Below, in pieces: positions 40,781-54,885 of a stretch of 64,000 nt of DNA. Position 1 is the stretch's first letter, and every line of letters starts with the position of its first letter. The notes under the pieces were generated by a model that was not told the origin of the DNA, made no database searches, and saw nothing but the letters and a program-made list of their open reading frames with translations. The stretch is from Eledone cirrhosa (lineage: Eukaryota). The stretch is taken from assembly GCA_964016885.1 (NCBI GenBank), contig OZ024741.1, positions 250,914,001 to 250,978,000 of the forward strand, in the 5' to 3' direction. The position numbers and the translations under genes are program-made.

Positions 40781-43700
40781 CCAAGGGGAGATAATTTCCA
40801 TCCTTCCAAGGGGAGATAATTTCCAGTCGTCCAAGGGGAGATAATTTCCAGCCGTTCAAGGGGAGATAATTTCTAGCCGTCCAAGGGGAGATAATTTCCA
40901 GCCGTCCAAGGCGAGATAAATTCCAGCCTCCAAGGGGAGATAATTTCCACCCAGCCAAGGGGAGATAATTTGTAAAAAAATCAGGGGGAGATAATTTGTA
41001 AAAAAAAATCAGGGGGAGATAATTTGTAAAAAAAAATCAGGGGTGATAATATGTAAAAAAAATCAAGGGGAGATAATTTCCAGCCGTCCAAGGGAAGATA
41101 ATTTCCAGCCCTCCAAGGGGCTATAATTTCCAGCGTCCAAGGGGAGGTAATTTCCAGCCAGCGAAGGGGAGATAATTTTTTTTAAAAAATCACTGGGAGA
41201 TTTGTAAAAAAAATCAGGGGGAGATAATTTGTAAAAAAAATCAAGGGGAGATAATTTCCAGCCGTCCAAAGAGAGATAATTTCTAGCCGTCCAAGGGGAG
41301 ATAATTTGCAGCCAAGGGGAGATAATTTCCAGCCGTCCAAGGGGAGATAATTTTTTTAAATATCAGGTGGAGATAATTTGTTAAAAAAATCAGGGGGAGA
41401 TAATTTGTAAAAACAAAATCAAGGGCAGATAATTTCCAGCCGTCCAAGGGGAGATAATTTCCAGCCGTGCAAGGGGAGATAATTTGTAAAAAAAATCAGG
41501 GGGAGATAATTATCAGCCGTCCAAGGGGAGATAATTTTCAGCCGTCCAAGGAGAGGTAATTTCTAGCCGTCCAAGAGGAGATAATTTCCAGCCGTGCAAG
41601 GGGAGATAATTTCCAGCCGTCCAAGGGGAGATAATTTCCATCCTTCCAAGGGGAGATAATTTCCAGGCGTCCAAGGGGAGATAATTTCCCGCCAGCCAAG
41701 GGAAGATAATATTTAAAAAAATCAGGCGGAGATAATTTGTAAAAAAAATCAGGGGGAGATAATTTGTAAAAAAATCAGGGGGAAATAATTTGTAAAAAAA
41801 AACAGGGGGAGGTAATTTGTAAAAAAAAATCAGGGGGAGATAATTTGGAAAAAAAAATCAGGGGTAGATAATTTGGAAAAAAAATCAGGGGGAGATAATT
41901 TGTAAAAAAAAATCAGGGGGAGATAATTTGTAAAAAAATCAAGGGGAGATAATTTCCAGCCGTCCAAGGGGAGATAATTTTCAGCCGTCCAAGGAGAGGT
42001 AATTTCTAGCCGTTCAAGGGGAGATAATTTCCAGCCGTCCAAGGGGAGATAATTTCCAGCCGTCCAAGGGGAGATAATTTTAAAAAAAAATCAGGCGGAG
42101 CTAATTTGTAAAAAAATAATCAGGGGCAGATAATTTGTAAAAAAAAATCAGGGGGAGATAATTTGTATACAAAATCAAGGGGAGATAATTTCCAACCGTC
42201 CAAGGCGAGATAATTTCCAGCCGTCCAAGGGGAGATAATTTACAGCTGTCCAAGGAGAGGGAATTTCTAGGCGTCCAAGGGGAGATAATTTCCAGCCGTC
42301 CAAGGGGAGATAATTTCCAGCCAGCCAAGGGGAGATAATTTCCAGCCAGCCAAGGGGAGATATTTGTAAAAAAAATCAGGGAGAGATAATTTGTATAAAA
42401 AAAATCAGGGGTAGATAATTTGTAGAAGACATAAAGGTGAGATAATTTCCAGCCGTCCAAGGGGAGAAAATTTACATCCAGCCAAGGGGAGATAATTTTT
42501 TTAAAAAAATCAGGCGGAGATAATTTGTAAAAAAAAATCAGGGGGAGATAATTTCCAGCCGTCCAAGGGGAGATAATTTCCAGCCCTACAAGCAGCTATA
42601 ATTTCCAGCCGTCCAAAGGGAGATAATTTCCAGCCAGCGAAGGGGAGATAATTTTTTTTTAAATTAGGGGGAGATTTGCAAAAAAAATCAGGGGGAGATA
42701 ATTTGTAAAAAAAATCAAGGGGAAATAATTTCCAGCCGTCCAAGGGGAGATAGTTTCCAGCCAGCCAACGGGAGATAATTTCCAGCCAGCCAAGGGGAGA
42801 TATTTGTAAAAAAAAATCAGGGAGAGATAATTTGTAAAAAAAAAATCAGGGGTAGATAATTTGTAGAAGAAATCAAGGGGAGATAATTTCCAGCCGTCCA
42901 AGGGGAGATAATTTCCATCCAGCCAAGGGGAGATAATTTTTTTAAAAAATGAGGCGGAGATAATTTGTAAAAAAAATCAGGGTGAGATAATTAGTAAAAA
43001 AATCAAGGGGAGATAATTCCCAGCCGTCCAAGGGGAGATAATTTCCAGCCCTACAAGCGGCTATAATTTCCAACCGTCCAAAAGAAGATAATTTCCAGCC
43101 AACGAAGGGGAGATAATTTTTTTTTAAATTAGGGGGAGATTTGTAAAAAAAAATCAGGGTTAGATAATTTGTAAAAAAAATCAAGGGGAAATAATTTCCA
43201 GCCGTCCAAGGGGAGATAATTTCCAGCCGTCCAGGGGCAGATAATTTCCAGCCGTCCAAGGAGAGATAATTTCCAGCCGTCCAAGGGCAGATAATTTCCA
43301 GCCATCCAAGGAGAGGTAATTTCTAGCCGTCCAAGGGGAGATAATTTCCAGCCTCCAAGGGGAGATAATTTCCAGCCAGCCAAGGGGAGATAATTTGTAA
43401 AAAAAATCAGGAGATAATTTGTAAAAAAAAATCAGGGGGAGATAATTTGTAAAAAAAAATCAGGGGGAGATAATTTGTAAAAAAAAATCAGGGGGAGATA
43501 ATTTGTAAAAAAAATCAAGGGGAGATAATTTCCAGCCGTCCAAGGGGAGATAATTTTCAGCCGTCCAAGGAGAGGTAATTTCTAGCCGTCCAAGGGGAGA
43601 TAATTTCCAGCCGCCCAAGGGGAGATAATTTCCAGCCGTCCAAGGGGAGATAATTTAAAAAAAAATCAGGTGGAGATAATTGGTAAAAAAAAAATCAGGG

Positions 43701-46700
43701 GGAGACAATTTGTAAAAAAAAATCAGGGGGAGATAATTTGTAAAAAAAAATCAAGGGGAGATAATTTCCAGCCGTCCAAGGGAAGATAATTTCCAGCCCT
43801 CCAAGGGAAGATAACTTCCAGCCCTCCAAGGGGCTATAATTTCCAGCGTCCAAGGGGAGATAATTTCCAGCCAGCGAAGGGGAGATAATTTTTTTAAAAA
43901 AATCACTGGGAGATTTGTAAAAAAAATCAGGGGGAGATAATTTGTAAAAAAAATCAAGGGGAGATAATTTCCAGCCGTCCAAAGAGAGATAATTTCTAAT
44001 CGTCCAAGGGGAGATAATTTCCAGCCAAGGGGAGATAATTTCCAGCCGTCCAAGGGAAGATAATTTTTTAAAAAATCAGGTGGTGATAATTTGTAAAAAA
44101 AATCAGGGGAAGATAATTTGTAAAATCAAAATCAAGGGCAGATAATTTCCAGCCGTCCAAAGGGAGATAATTTCCAGCAGTGCAAGGGGAGATAATTTCC
44201 AGCCGTCCAAGGGGAGATAATTTCCATCCTTACAAGGGGAGATAATTTCCAGGCGTCCAAGGGGAGATAATTTGCCGCCAGCCAAGGGAAGATAATATTT
44301 AAAAAAATCAGGCGGAGATAATTTGTAAAAAAAATCAGGGGGAGATAATTTGTAAAAAAATCAGGGGGAAATAATTTGTAAAAAAAAACAAGGGGAGATA
44401 ATTTGTAAAAAAAAATCAGGGGGAGATAATTTGTAAAATAAATCAAGGGGAGATAATTTCCAGCCGTCCAAGGAGAGATAATTTTCAGCCGTCCAAGGAG
44501 AGGTAATTTCTAGCCGTCCAAGGGAAGATAATTTCCAGCCGTCCAAGGGGAGATAATTTTTTTAAAAATCAGGTGGAGATAATTTGTAAAAAAAATCAGG
44601 GGAAGATAATTTGTAAAAACAAAATCAAGGGCAGATAATTTCCAGCCGTCCAATGGGAGATAATTTCCAGCAGTGCAAGGGGAGATAATTTCCAGCCGTC
44701 CAAGGGGAGATAATTTCCATCCTTCCAAGGGGAGATAATTTCCAGCCGTCCAAGGGGAGATAATTTCCCGCCAGCCAAGGGAAGATAATATTTAAAAAAA
44801 TCAGGCGGAGATAATTTGTAAAAAAAATCAGGGGGAGATAATTTGTAAAAAAATCAGGGGGAGATAATTTGTAAAAAAAAAATCAGGGGGAGATAATTTG
44901 TAAAAAAAAATCAGGGGGAGATAATTTGTAAAAAAAAAATCAGGGGGAGATAATTTGTAAAAAAAAATCAGGCGGAGATAATTTGTAAAAAAAATCAAGG
45001 GGAGATAATTTCCAGCCGTCCAAAGAGAGATAATTTCTAGCCGTCCAAGTGGAGATAATTTCCAGCCAAGGGGAGATAATTTCCAGCCGTCCAAGGGGAG
45101 ATAATTTTTTAAAAAATCAGGTGGAGATAATTTGTAAAAAAAATCAGGGGAACATAATTTGTAAAAACAAAATCAAGGGCAGATAATTTCCAGCAGTGCA
45201 AGGGGAGCTAATTTCCAGCAGTGCAAGGGGAGATAATTTCCAGCCGTCCAAGTGGAGATAATTTCCATCCTTCCAAGGGGAGATAATGTCCAGGCGTCCA
45301 AGGGGAGATAATTTCCCGCCAGCCAAGGGAAGATAATATTTAAAAAAATCAGGCGGAGATAATTTGTAAAAAAAATCAGGGGGAGATAATTTGTAAAAAC
45401 AAAATCAAGGGCAGATAATTTCCAGCCGTCCAAGGGGAGATAATTTCCAGCAGTGCAAGGGGAGATAATTTCCAGCCGTCCAAGGGGAGATAATTTCCAT
45501 CCTTACAAGGGGAGATAATTTCCAGGCGTCCAAGGGGAGATAATTTGCCGCCAGTCAAGGGAAGATAATATTTAAAAAAATCAGGCGGAGATAATTTGTA
45601 AAAAAAATCAGGGGGAGATAATTTGTAAAAAAATCAGGGGGAAATAATTTGTAAAAAAAAACAAGGGGAGATAATTTGTAAAAAAAAATCAGGGGGAGAT
45701 AATTTGTAAAATAAATCAAGGGGAGATAATTTCCAGCCGTCCAAGGAGAGATAATTTTCAGCCGTCCAAGGAGAGGTAATTTCTAGCCGTCCAAGGGAAG
45801 ATAATTTCCAGCCCTCCAAGGGAAGATAACTTCCAGCTCTCCAAGGGGCTATAATTTCCAGCGTCCAAGGGGAGATAATTTCCAGCCAGCGAAGGGGAGA
45901 TAATTTTTTTAAAAAAATCACTGGGAGATTTGTAAAAAAAATCAGGGGGAGATAATTTGTAAAAAAAATCAAGGGGAGATAATTTCCAGCCGTCCAAAGA
46001 GAGATAATTTCTAGCCGTCCAAGGGGAGTTAATTTCCAGCCAAGGGGAGATAATTTCCAGCCGTCCAAGGGGAGATAATTTTTTTAAAAATCAGGTGGAG
46101 ATAATTTGTAAAAAAAATCAGGGGAAGATAATTTGTAAAAACAAAATCAAGGGCAGATAATTTCCAGCCGTCCAATGGGAGATAATTTCCAGCAGTGCAA
46201 GGGGAGATAATTTCCAGCCGTCCAAGGGGAGATAATTTCCATCCTTCCAAGGGGAGATAATTTCCAGCCGTCCAAGGGGAGATAATTTCCCGCCAGCCAA
46301 GGGAAGATAATATTTAAAAAAATCAGGCGGAGATAATTTGTAAAAAAAATCAGGGGGAGATAATTTGTAAAAAAATCAGGGGGAGATAATTTGTAAAAAA
46401 AAAATCAGGGGGAGATAATTTGTAAAAAAAAATCAGGGGGAGATAATTTGTAAAAAAAAATCAGGGGGAGATAATTTGTAAAAAAAAATCAGGCGGAGAT
46501 AATTTGTAAAAAAAATCAAGGGGAGATAATTTCCAGCCGTCCAAAGAGAGATAATTTCTAGCCGTCCAAGGGGAGATAATTTCCAGCCAAGGGGAGATAA
46601 TTTCCAGCCGTCCAAGGGGAGATAATTTTTTAAAAAATCAGGTGGAGATAATTTGTAAAAAAAATCAGGGGAACATAATTTGTAAAAACAAAATCAAGGG

Positions 46701-49599
46701 CAGATAATTTCCAGCAGTGCAAGGGGAGATAATTTCAGCAGTGCAAGGGGATATAATTTCCAGGCGTCCAAGGGGAGATAATTTCCCGCCAGCCAAGGGA
46801 AGATAATATTTAAAAAAATCAGGCGGAGATAATTTGTAAAAAAAATCAGGGGGAGATAATTTGTAAAAACAAAATCAAGGGCAGATAATTTCCAGCCGTC
46901 CAAGGGGAGATAATTTCCAGCCGTGCAAGGGGAGATAATTTGTAAAAAAAATCAGGGGGAGATAATTTCCAGCCGTCCAAGGGGAGATAATTTTCAGCCG
47001 TCCAAGGAGAGGTAATTTCTAGCCGTCCAAGGGAAGATAATTTCCAGCCGTGCAAGGGGAGATAATTTCCAGCCGTCCAAGGGGAGATAATTTCCATCCT
47101 TCCAAGGGGAGATAATTTCCAGTCGTCCAAGGGGAGATAATTTCCAGCCGTTCAAGGGGAGATAATTTCTAGCCGTCCAAGGGGAGATAATTTCCAGCCG
47201 TCCAAGGGGAGATAAATTCCAGCCTCCAAGGGGAGATAATTTCGACCCAGCCAAGGGGAGATAATTTGTAAAAAAATCAGGGGGAGATAATTTGTAAAAA
47301 AAAATCAGGGGGAGATAATTTGTAAAAAAAAATCAGGGGTGATAATATGTAAAAAAAATCAAGGGGAGATAATTTCCAGCCGTCCAAGGGAAGATAATTT
47401 CCAGCCCTCCAAGGGGCTATAATTTCCAGCGTCCAAGGGGAGGTAATTTCCAGCCAGCGAAGGGGAGATAATTTTTTTTAAAAAATCACTGGGAGATTTG
47501 TAAAAAAAATCAGGGGGAGATAATTTGTAAAAAAAATCAAGGGGAGATAATTTCCAGCCGTCCAAAGAGAGATAATTTCTAGCCGTCCAAGGGGAGATAA
47601 TTTCCAGCCAAGGGGAGATAATTTCAAGCCGTCCAAGGGGAGATAATTTTTTTAAATATCAGGTGGAGATAATTTGTTAAAAAAATCAGGGGGAGATAAT
47701 TTGTAAAAACAAAATCAAGGGCAGATAATTTCCAGCCGTCCAAGGGGAGATAATTTCCAGCCGTGCAAGGGGAGATAATTTGTAAAAAAAATCAGGGGGA
47801 GATAATTTCCAGCCGTCCAAGGGGAGATAATTTTCAGCCGTCCAAGGAGAGGTAATTTCTAGCCGTCCAAGAGGAGATAATTTCCAGCCGTGCAAGGGGA
47901 GATAATTTCCAGCCGTCCAAGGGGAGATAATTTCCATCCTTCCAAGGGGAGATAATTTCCAGGCGTCCAAGGGGAGATAATTTCCCGCCAGCCAAGGGAA
48001 GATAATATTTTAAAAAATCAGGCGGAGATAATTTGTAAAAAAAATCAGGGGGAGATAATTTGTAAAAAAATCAGGGGGAAATAATTTGTAAAAAAAAACA
48101 GGGGGAGGTAATTTGTAAAAAAAAATCAGGGGGAGATAATTTGGAAAAAAAAATCAGGGGTAGATAATTTGGAAAAAAAAATCAGGGGGAGATAATTTGT
48201 AAAAAAAAATCAGGGGGAGATAATTTGTAAAAAAATCAAGGGGAGATAATTTCCAGCCGTCCAAGGGGAGAAAATTTACATCCAGCCAAGGGGAGATAAT
48301 TTTTTAAAAAAAATCAGGCGGAGATAATTTGTAAAAAAAAATCAGGGGGAGATAATTTCCAGCCGTCCAAGGGGAGATAATTTCCAGCCCTACAAGCAGC
48401 TATAATTTCCAGCCGTCCAAAGGGAGATAATTTCCAGCCAGCGAAGGGGAGATAATTTTTTTTTAAATTAGGGGGAGATTTGCAAAAAAAATCAGGGGGA
48501 GATAATTTGTAAAAAAAATCAAGGGGAAATAATTTCCAGCCGTCCAAGGGGAGATAATTTCCAGCCGTCCAAGGGGAGATAATTTCCAGCCGTTCAAGGG
48601 GAGATGATTTCCAGCCGTCCAAGGAGAGGTAATTTCTAGCCGTCCAAGGGGAGAAAATTTCCAGCCGTCCAAGGGGAGATAAATTCCAGCCTCCAAGGGG
48701 AGATAATTTCCAGCCAGCCAAGGGGAGATAATTTGTAAAAAAATCAGGGGGAGATAATTTGTAAAAAAAAATCAGGGGGAGATAATTTGTAAAAAAAAAT
48801 CAGGGGGAGATAATTTGTAAAAAAAATCAAGGGGAGATAATTTCCAGCCGTCCAAGGGGAGATAATTTTCAGCCGTCCAAGGAGAGGTAATTTCTAGCCG
48901 TCCAAGGGGAGATAATTTCCAGCCGTCCAAGGGTAGATAATTTCCAGCCGTCCAAGGGGAGATAATTTTTTTTAAAAAATCAGGCGGAGATAATTTTTAA
49001 AAAAAAAATCAGGGGGAGATAATTTGTAAAAAAAAATCGGGGAGATAATTTGTAAAAAAAAATCAGGAGGAGATAATATGTAAACAAATCAAGGGGAGAT
49101 AATTTCCAGCCGTCCAAGGGAAGATAATTTCCAGCCCTCCAAGGGGCTATAATTTCCAGCGTCCAAGGGGAGATAATTTCCAGCCAGCGAAAGGGAGATA
49201 ATTTTTTTTAAAAAATCACTGTGAGATTTGTAAAAAAAATCAGGGGGAGATAATTTGTAAAAAAAATCAAGGGGAGATAATTTCCAGCCGTCCAAGGGGA
49301 GATAATTTCCAGCCGTGCAAGGGGAGATAATTTCCAGCCGTCCAAGGGGAGATAATTACCATCCTTCCAAGGGGAGATAATTTCCAGCCGTCCAAGGGGA
49401 GATTATTTCCCGCCAGCCAAGGTAAGATAATATTTAAAAAAATCAGGCGGAGATAATTTGTAAAATAAATCAGGCGGAGATAATTTGTAAAAAAAAATCA
49501 GGGGGAGATAATTTGTAAAAAAAATCAGGCGGAGATAATTTGTAAAAAAAATCAAGGGGAGATAATTTTCAGCCGTCCAAGGAGAGGTAATTTCTAGCC

Positions 49600-52500
49600 G
49601 TCCAAGGGGAGATAATTTCCAGCCGTCCAAGGGAAGATAATTTCCAGCCTCCAAGGGGCTATAATTTCCAGCGTCCAAGGGGAGATAATTTCCAGCCAGC
49701 GAAGGGGAGATAATTTTTTTTTAAAAATCACTGGGAGATTTGTAAAAAAAATCAGGGGGAGATAATTTGTAAAAAGAATCAAGGGGAGATAATTTCCAGC
49801 CGTCCAAAGAGAGATAATTTCTAGCCGTCCAAGGGGAGATAATTTCCAGCCGTGCAAGGGGAGATAATTTCCAGCCGTCCAAGGGGAGATAATTTCCATC
49901 CTTCCAAGGGGAGATAATTTCCAGCCGTCCAAGGGGAGATAATTTCCATCCAGCCAAGGGGAGATAATTTTAAAAAAATCAGGCGGAGATAATTTGTAAA
50001 AAAAAAATCAGGGGGAGATAATTTGTAAAAAAAAATCAGGGGGAGCTAATTTGTAAAAAAATATCAGGAGGAGATAATTTCCAGCCAGCCAAGGGGAGAT
50101 AATTTCCAGCCAGCCAAGGGGAGATAATTTGTAAAAAAAATCAATGGGAGATAATTTCCAGCCGTCCAAGGGGAGATAGTTTCCAGCCAGCCAACGGGAG
50201 ATAATTTCCAGCCAGCCAAGGGGAGATATTTGTAAAAAAAAATTAGGGAGAGATAATTTGTAAAAAAAAAATCAGGGGTAGATAATTTGTAGAAGAAATC
50301 AAGGGGAGATAATTTCCAGCCGTCCAAGGGGAGATAATTTCCATCCAGCCAAGGGGAGATAATTTTTTTAAAAAATGAGGCGGAGATAATTTGTAAAAAA
50401 AAATCAGGGTGAGATAATTAGTAAAAAAATCAAGGGGAGATAATTCCCAGCCGTCCAAGGGGAGATAATTTCCAGCCCTACAAGCGGCTATAATTTCCAA
50501 CCGTCCAAAGGAACATAATTTCCAGCCAACGAAGGGGAGATAATTTTTTTTTAAATTAGGGGGAGATTTGTAAAAAAAAATCAGGGTTAGATAATTTGTA
50601 AAAAAAATCAAGGGGAAATAATTTCCAGCCGTCCAAGGGGAGATAATTTCCAGCCGTCCAAGGGCAGATAATTTCCGGCCGTCCAAGGAGAGATAATTTC
50701 CAGCCGTCCAAGGGCAGATAATTTCCAGCCATCCAAGGAGAGGTAATTTCTAGCCGTCCAAGGGGAGATAATTTCCAGCCTCCAAGCGGAGATAATTTCC
50801 AGCCAGCCAAGGGGAGATAATTTGTAAAAAAAATCAGGAGATAATTTGTAAAAAAAAATCAGGGGGAGATAATTTGTAAAAACAAAATCAAGGGCAGATA
50901 ATTTCCAGCCGTCCAATGGGAGATAATTTCCAGCAGTGCAAGGGGAGATAATTTCCAGCCGTCCAAGGGGAGATAATTTCCATCCTTCCAAGGGGAGATA
51001 ATTTTCAGCCGTCCAAGGGGAGATAATTTCCCGCCAGCCAAGGGAAGATAATATTTAAAAAAATCAGGCGGAGATAATTTGTAAAAAAAATCAGGGGGAG
51101 ATAATTTGTAAAAAAATCGGGGGGAGATAATTTGTAAAAAAAAATCAGGGGGAGATAATTTGTAAAAAAAAATCAGGGGGAGATAATTTGTAAAAAAAAA
51201 TCAGGGGTAGATAATTTGTAAAAAAAAATCAGGGGGAGATAATTTGGAAAAAAAAATCAAGGGGAGATAATTTCCAGCCGTCCAAGGGGAGATAATTTCC
51301 AGCCGTCCAAGGGGAGATAATTTTTTAAAAAAATCAGGCGGAGATAATTTGTAAAAAAAAAATCAGGGGGAGATAATTTGTAAAAAAATCAAGGGGAGAT
51401 AATTTTCAGCCGTCCAAGGGGAGATAATTTTCAGCCGTCCAAGGAGAGGTAATTTCTAGCCGTTCAAGGGGAGATAATTTCCAGCCGTCCAAGGGGAGAT
51501 AATTTCCAGCCGTCCAAGCGGAGATAATTTTAAAAAAAAATCAGGCGGAGCTAATTTGTAAAAAAATAATCAGGTGCAGATAATTTGTAAAAAAAATCAG
51601 GGGGAGATAATTTGTATACAAAATCAAGGGGAGATAATTTCCAGCCGTCCAAGGCGAGATAATTTCCAGCCGTCCAAGGGGAGATAATTTACAGCTGTCC
51701 AAGGAGAGGTAATTTCTAGGCGTCCAAGGGGAGATAATTTCCAGCCGTCCAAGGGGAGATAATTTCCAGCCAGCCAAGGGGAGATAATTTCCAGCCAGCC
51801 AAGGGGAGATATTTGTAAAAAAAATCAGGGAGAGATAATTTGTAAAAAAAAAATCAGGGGTAGATAATTTGTAGAAGACATAAAGGGGAGATAATTTCCA
51901 GCCGTCCAAGGGGAGAAAATTTCCATCCAGCCAAGGGGAGATAATTTTTAAAAAAAAATCAGGCGGAGATAATTTGTAAAAAAAAATCAGGGGGAGATAA
52001 TTAGTAAAAAAAATCAAGGGGAGATAATTTCCAGCCGTCCAACGGGAGATAATTTCCAGCCGTCCAAGGGGTGATAATTTCCAGCCGTTCAAGGGGAGAT
52101 AATTTCCAGCCCTCCAAGGGGCTATAATTTCCAGCGTCCAAGGGGAGATAATTTCCAGCCAGCGAAAGGGAGATAATTTTTTTTAAAAAATCACTGAGAT
52201 TTGTAAAAAAAATCAGGGGGAAATAATTTGTAAAAAAAATCAAGGGGAGATAATTTCCAGCCGTCCAAGGGGAGATAATTTCCAGCCGTGCAAGGGGAGA
52301 TAATTTCCAGCCGTCCAAGGGGAGATAATTTCCATCCTTCCAAGGGGAGATAATTTCCAGCCGTCCAAGGGGAGATTATTTCCCGCCAGCCAAGGTAAGA
52401 TAATATTTAAAAAAATCAGGCGGAGATAATTTGTAAAACAAATCAGGGGGAGATAATTTGTAAAAAAAAAATCAGGGGGAGATAATTTGTAAAAAAAATC

Positions 52501-54400
52501 AGGCGGAGATAATTTGTAAAAAAAATCAAGGGGAGATAATTTTCAGCCGTCCAAGGAGAGGTAATTTCTAGCCGTCCAAGGGGAGATAATTTCCAGCCGT
52601 CCAAGGGGAGATAATTTCCAGCCGTCCAAGGGGAGATAATTTTTTTTAAAAAATCAGGCGGAGATAATTTGTAAAAAAAAAATCAGGGGGAGATAATTTG
52701 TAAAAAAAAATCAGGGGGAGATAATTTGTAAAAAAATCAAGGGGAGATAATTTCGAGCCGTCCAAGGGAAGATAATTTCCAGCCTCCAAGGGGCTATAAT
52801 TTCCAGCGTCCAAGGGGAGATAATTTCCAGCCAGCGAAGGGGAGATAATTTTTTTTTAAAAATCACTGGGAGATTTGTAAAAAAAATCAGGGGGAGATAA
52901 TTTGTAAAAAGAATCAAGGGGAGATAATTTCCAGCCGTCCAAAGAGAGATAATTTCTAGGCGTCCAAGGGGAGATAATTTCCAGCCGTGCAAGGGGAGAT
53001 AATTTCCAGCCGTCCAAGGGGAGATAATTTCCATCCTTCCAAGGGGAGATAATTTCCAGCCGTCCAAGGGGAGATAATTTCCATCCAGCCAAGGGGAGAT
53101 AATTTTAAAAAAATCAGGCGGAGATAATTTGTAAAAAAAAAATCAGGGGGAGATAATTTGTAAAAAAAAATCAGGGGGAGCTAATTTGTAAAAAAATATC
53201 AGGAGGAGATAATTTCCAGCCAGCCAAGGGGAGATAATTTCCAGCCAGCCAAGGGGAGATAATTTGTAAAAAAAATCAATGGGAGATAATTTCCAGCCGT
53301 CCAAGGGGAGATAGTTTCCAGCCAGCCAACGGGAGATAATTTCCAGCCAGCCAAGGGGAGATATTTGTAAAAAAAAATTAGGGAGAGATAATTTGTAAAA
53401 AAAAAATCAGGGGTAGATAATTTGTAGAAGAAATCAAGGGGAGATAATTTCCAGCCGTCCAAGGGGAGATAATTTCCATCCAGCCAAGGGGAGATAATTT
53501 TTTTTAAAAATTAGGCGGATATAATTTGTAAAAAAAAATCAGGGTGAGATAATTAGTAAAAAAATCAAGGGGAGATAATTCCCAGCCGTCCAAGGGGAGA
53601 TAATTTCCAGCCCTACAAGCGGCTATAATTTCCAACCGTCCAAAGGAAGATAATTTCCAGCCAACGAAGGGGAGATAATTTTTTTTTAAATTAGGGGGAG
53701 ATTTGTAAAAAAAAATCAGGGTTAGATAATTTGTAAAAAAAATCAAGGGGAAATAATTTCCAGCCGTCCAAGGGGAGATAATTTCCAACCGTCCAAGGGC
53801 AGATAATTTCCAGCCGTCCAAGGAGAGATAATTTCCAGCCGTCCAAGGGCAGATAATTTCCAGCCATCCAAGGAGAGGTAATTTCTAGCCGTCCAAGGGG
53901 AGATAATTTCCAGCCTCCAAGGGGAGATAATTTCCAGCCAGCCAAGGGGAGATAATTTGTAAAAAAAATCAGGAGATAATTTGTAAAAAAAATCAGGGGG
54001 AGATAATTTGTAAAAACAAAATCAAGGGCAGATAATTTCCAGCCGTCCAATGGGAGATAATTTCCAGCAGTGCAAGGGGAGATAATTTCAAGCCGTCCAA
54101 GGGGAGATAATTTCCATCCTTCCAAGGGGAGATAATTTCCAGCCGTCCAAGGGGAGATAATTTCCCGCCAGCCAAGGGAAGATAATATTTAAAAAAATCA
54201 GGCGGAGATAATTTGTAAAAAAAATCAGGGGGAGATAATTTGTAAAAAAATCGGGGGGAGATAATTTGTAAAAAAAAATCAGGGGGAGATAATTTGTAAA
54301 AAAAAATCAGGGGGAGATAATTTGTAAAAAAAAATCAGGGGTAGATAATTTGTAAAAAAAAATCAGGGGGAGATAATTTTGAAAAAAAAATCAAGGGGAG
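49600..54400. repeat. Partial tandem duplication at offset 3135 bp in array 2 (boundaries approximate)
   Basis: ORF-track pairs 49721..49957/52856..53092 and 50064..50327/53199..53462, plus the shared variant AATTAGGGAGAG at ~50241 and ~53376. Confidence 0.8.
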
Positions 54401-54885
54401 ATAATTTCCAGCCGTCCAAGGGGAGATAATTTTCAGCCGTCCAAGGAGAGGTAATTTCTAGCCGTCCAAGGGAAGATAATTTCCAGCCCTCCAAGGGAAG
54501 ATAACTTCCAGCTCTCCAAGGGGCTATAATTTCCAGCGTCCAAGGGGAGATAATTTCCAGCCAGCGAAGGGGAGATAATTTTTTAAAAAAAATCACTGGG
54601 AGATTTGTAAAAAAAATCAGGGGGAGATAATTTGTAAAAAAAATCAAGGGGAGATAATTTCCAGCCGTCCAAAGAGAGATAATTTCTAGCCGTCCAAGGG
54701 GAGTTAATTTCCAGCCAAGGGGAGATAATTTCCAGCCGTCCAAGGGGAGATAATTTTTTTAAAAATCAGGTGGAGATAATTTGTAAAAAAAATCAGGGGA
54801 AGATAATTTGTAAAAACAAAATCAAGGGCAGATAATTTCCAGCCGTCCAATGGGAGATAATTTCCAGCAGTGCAAGGGGAGATAC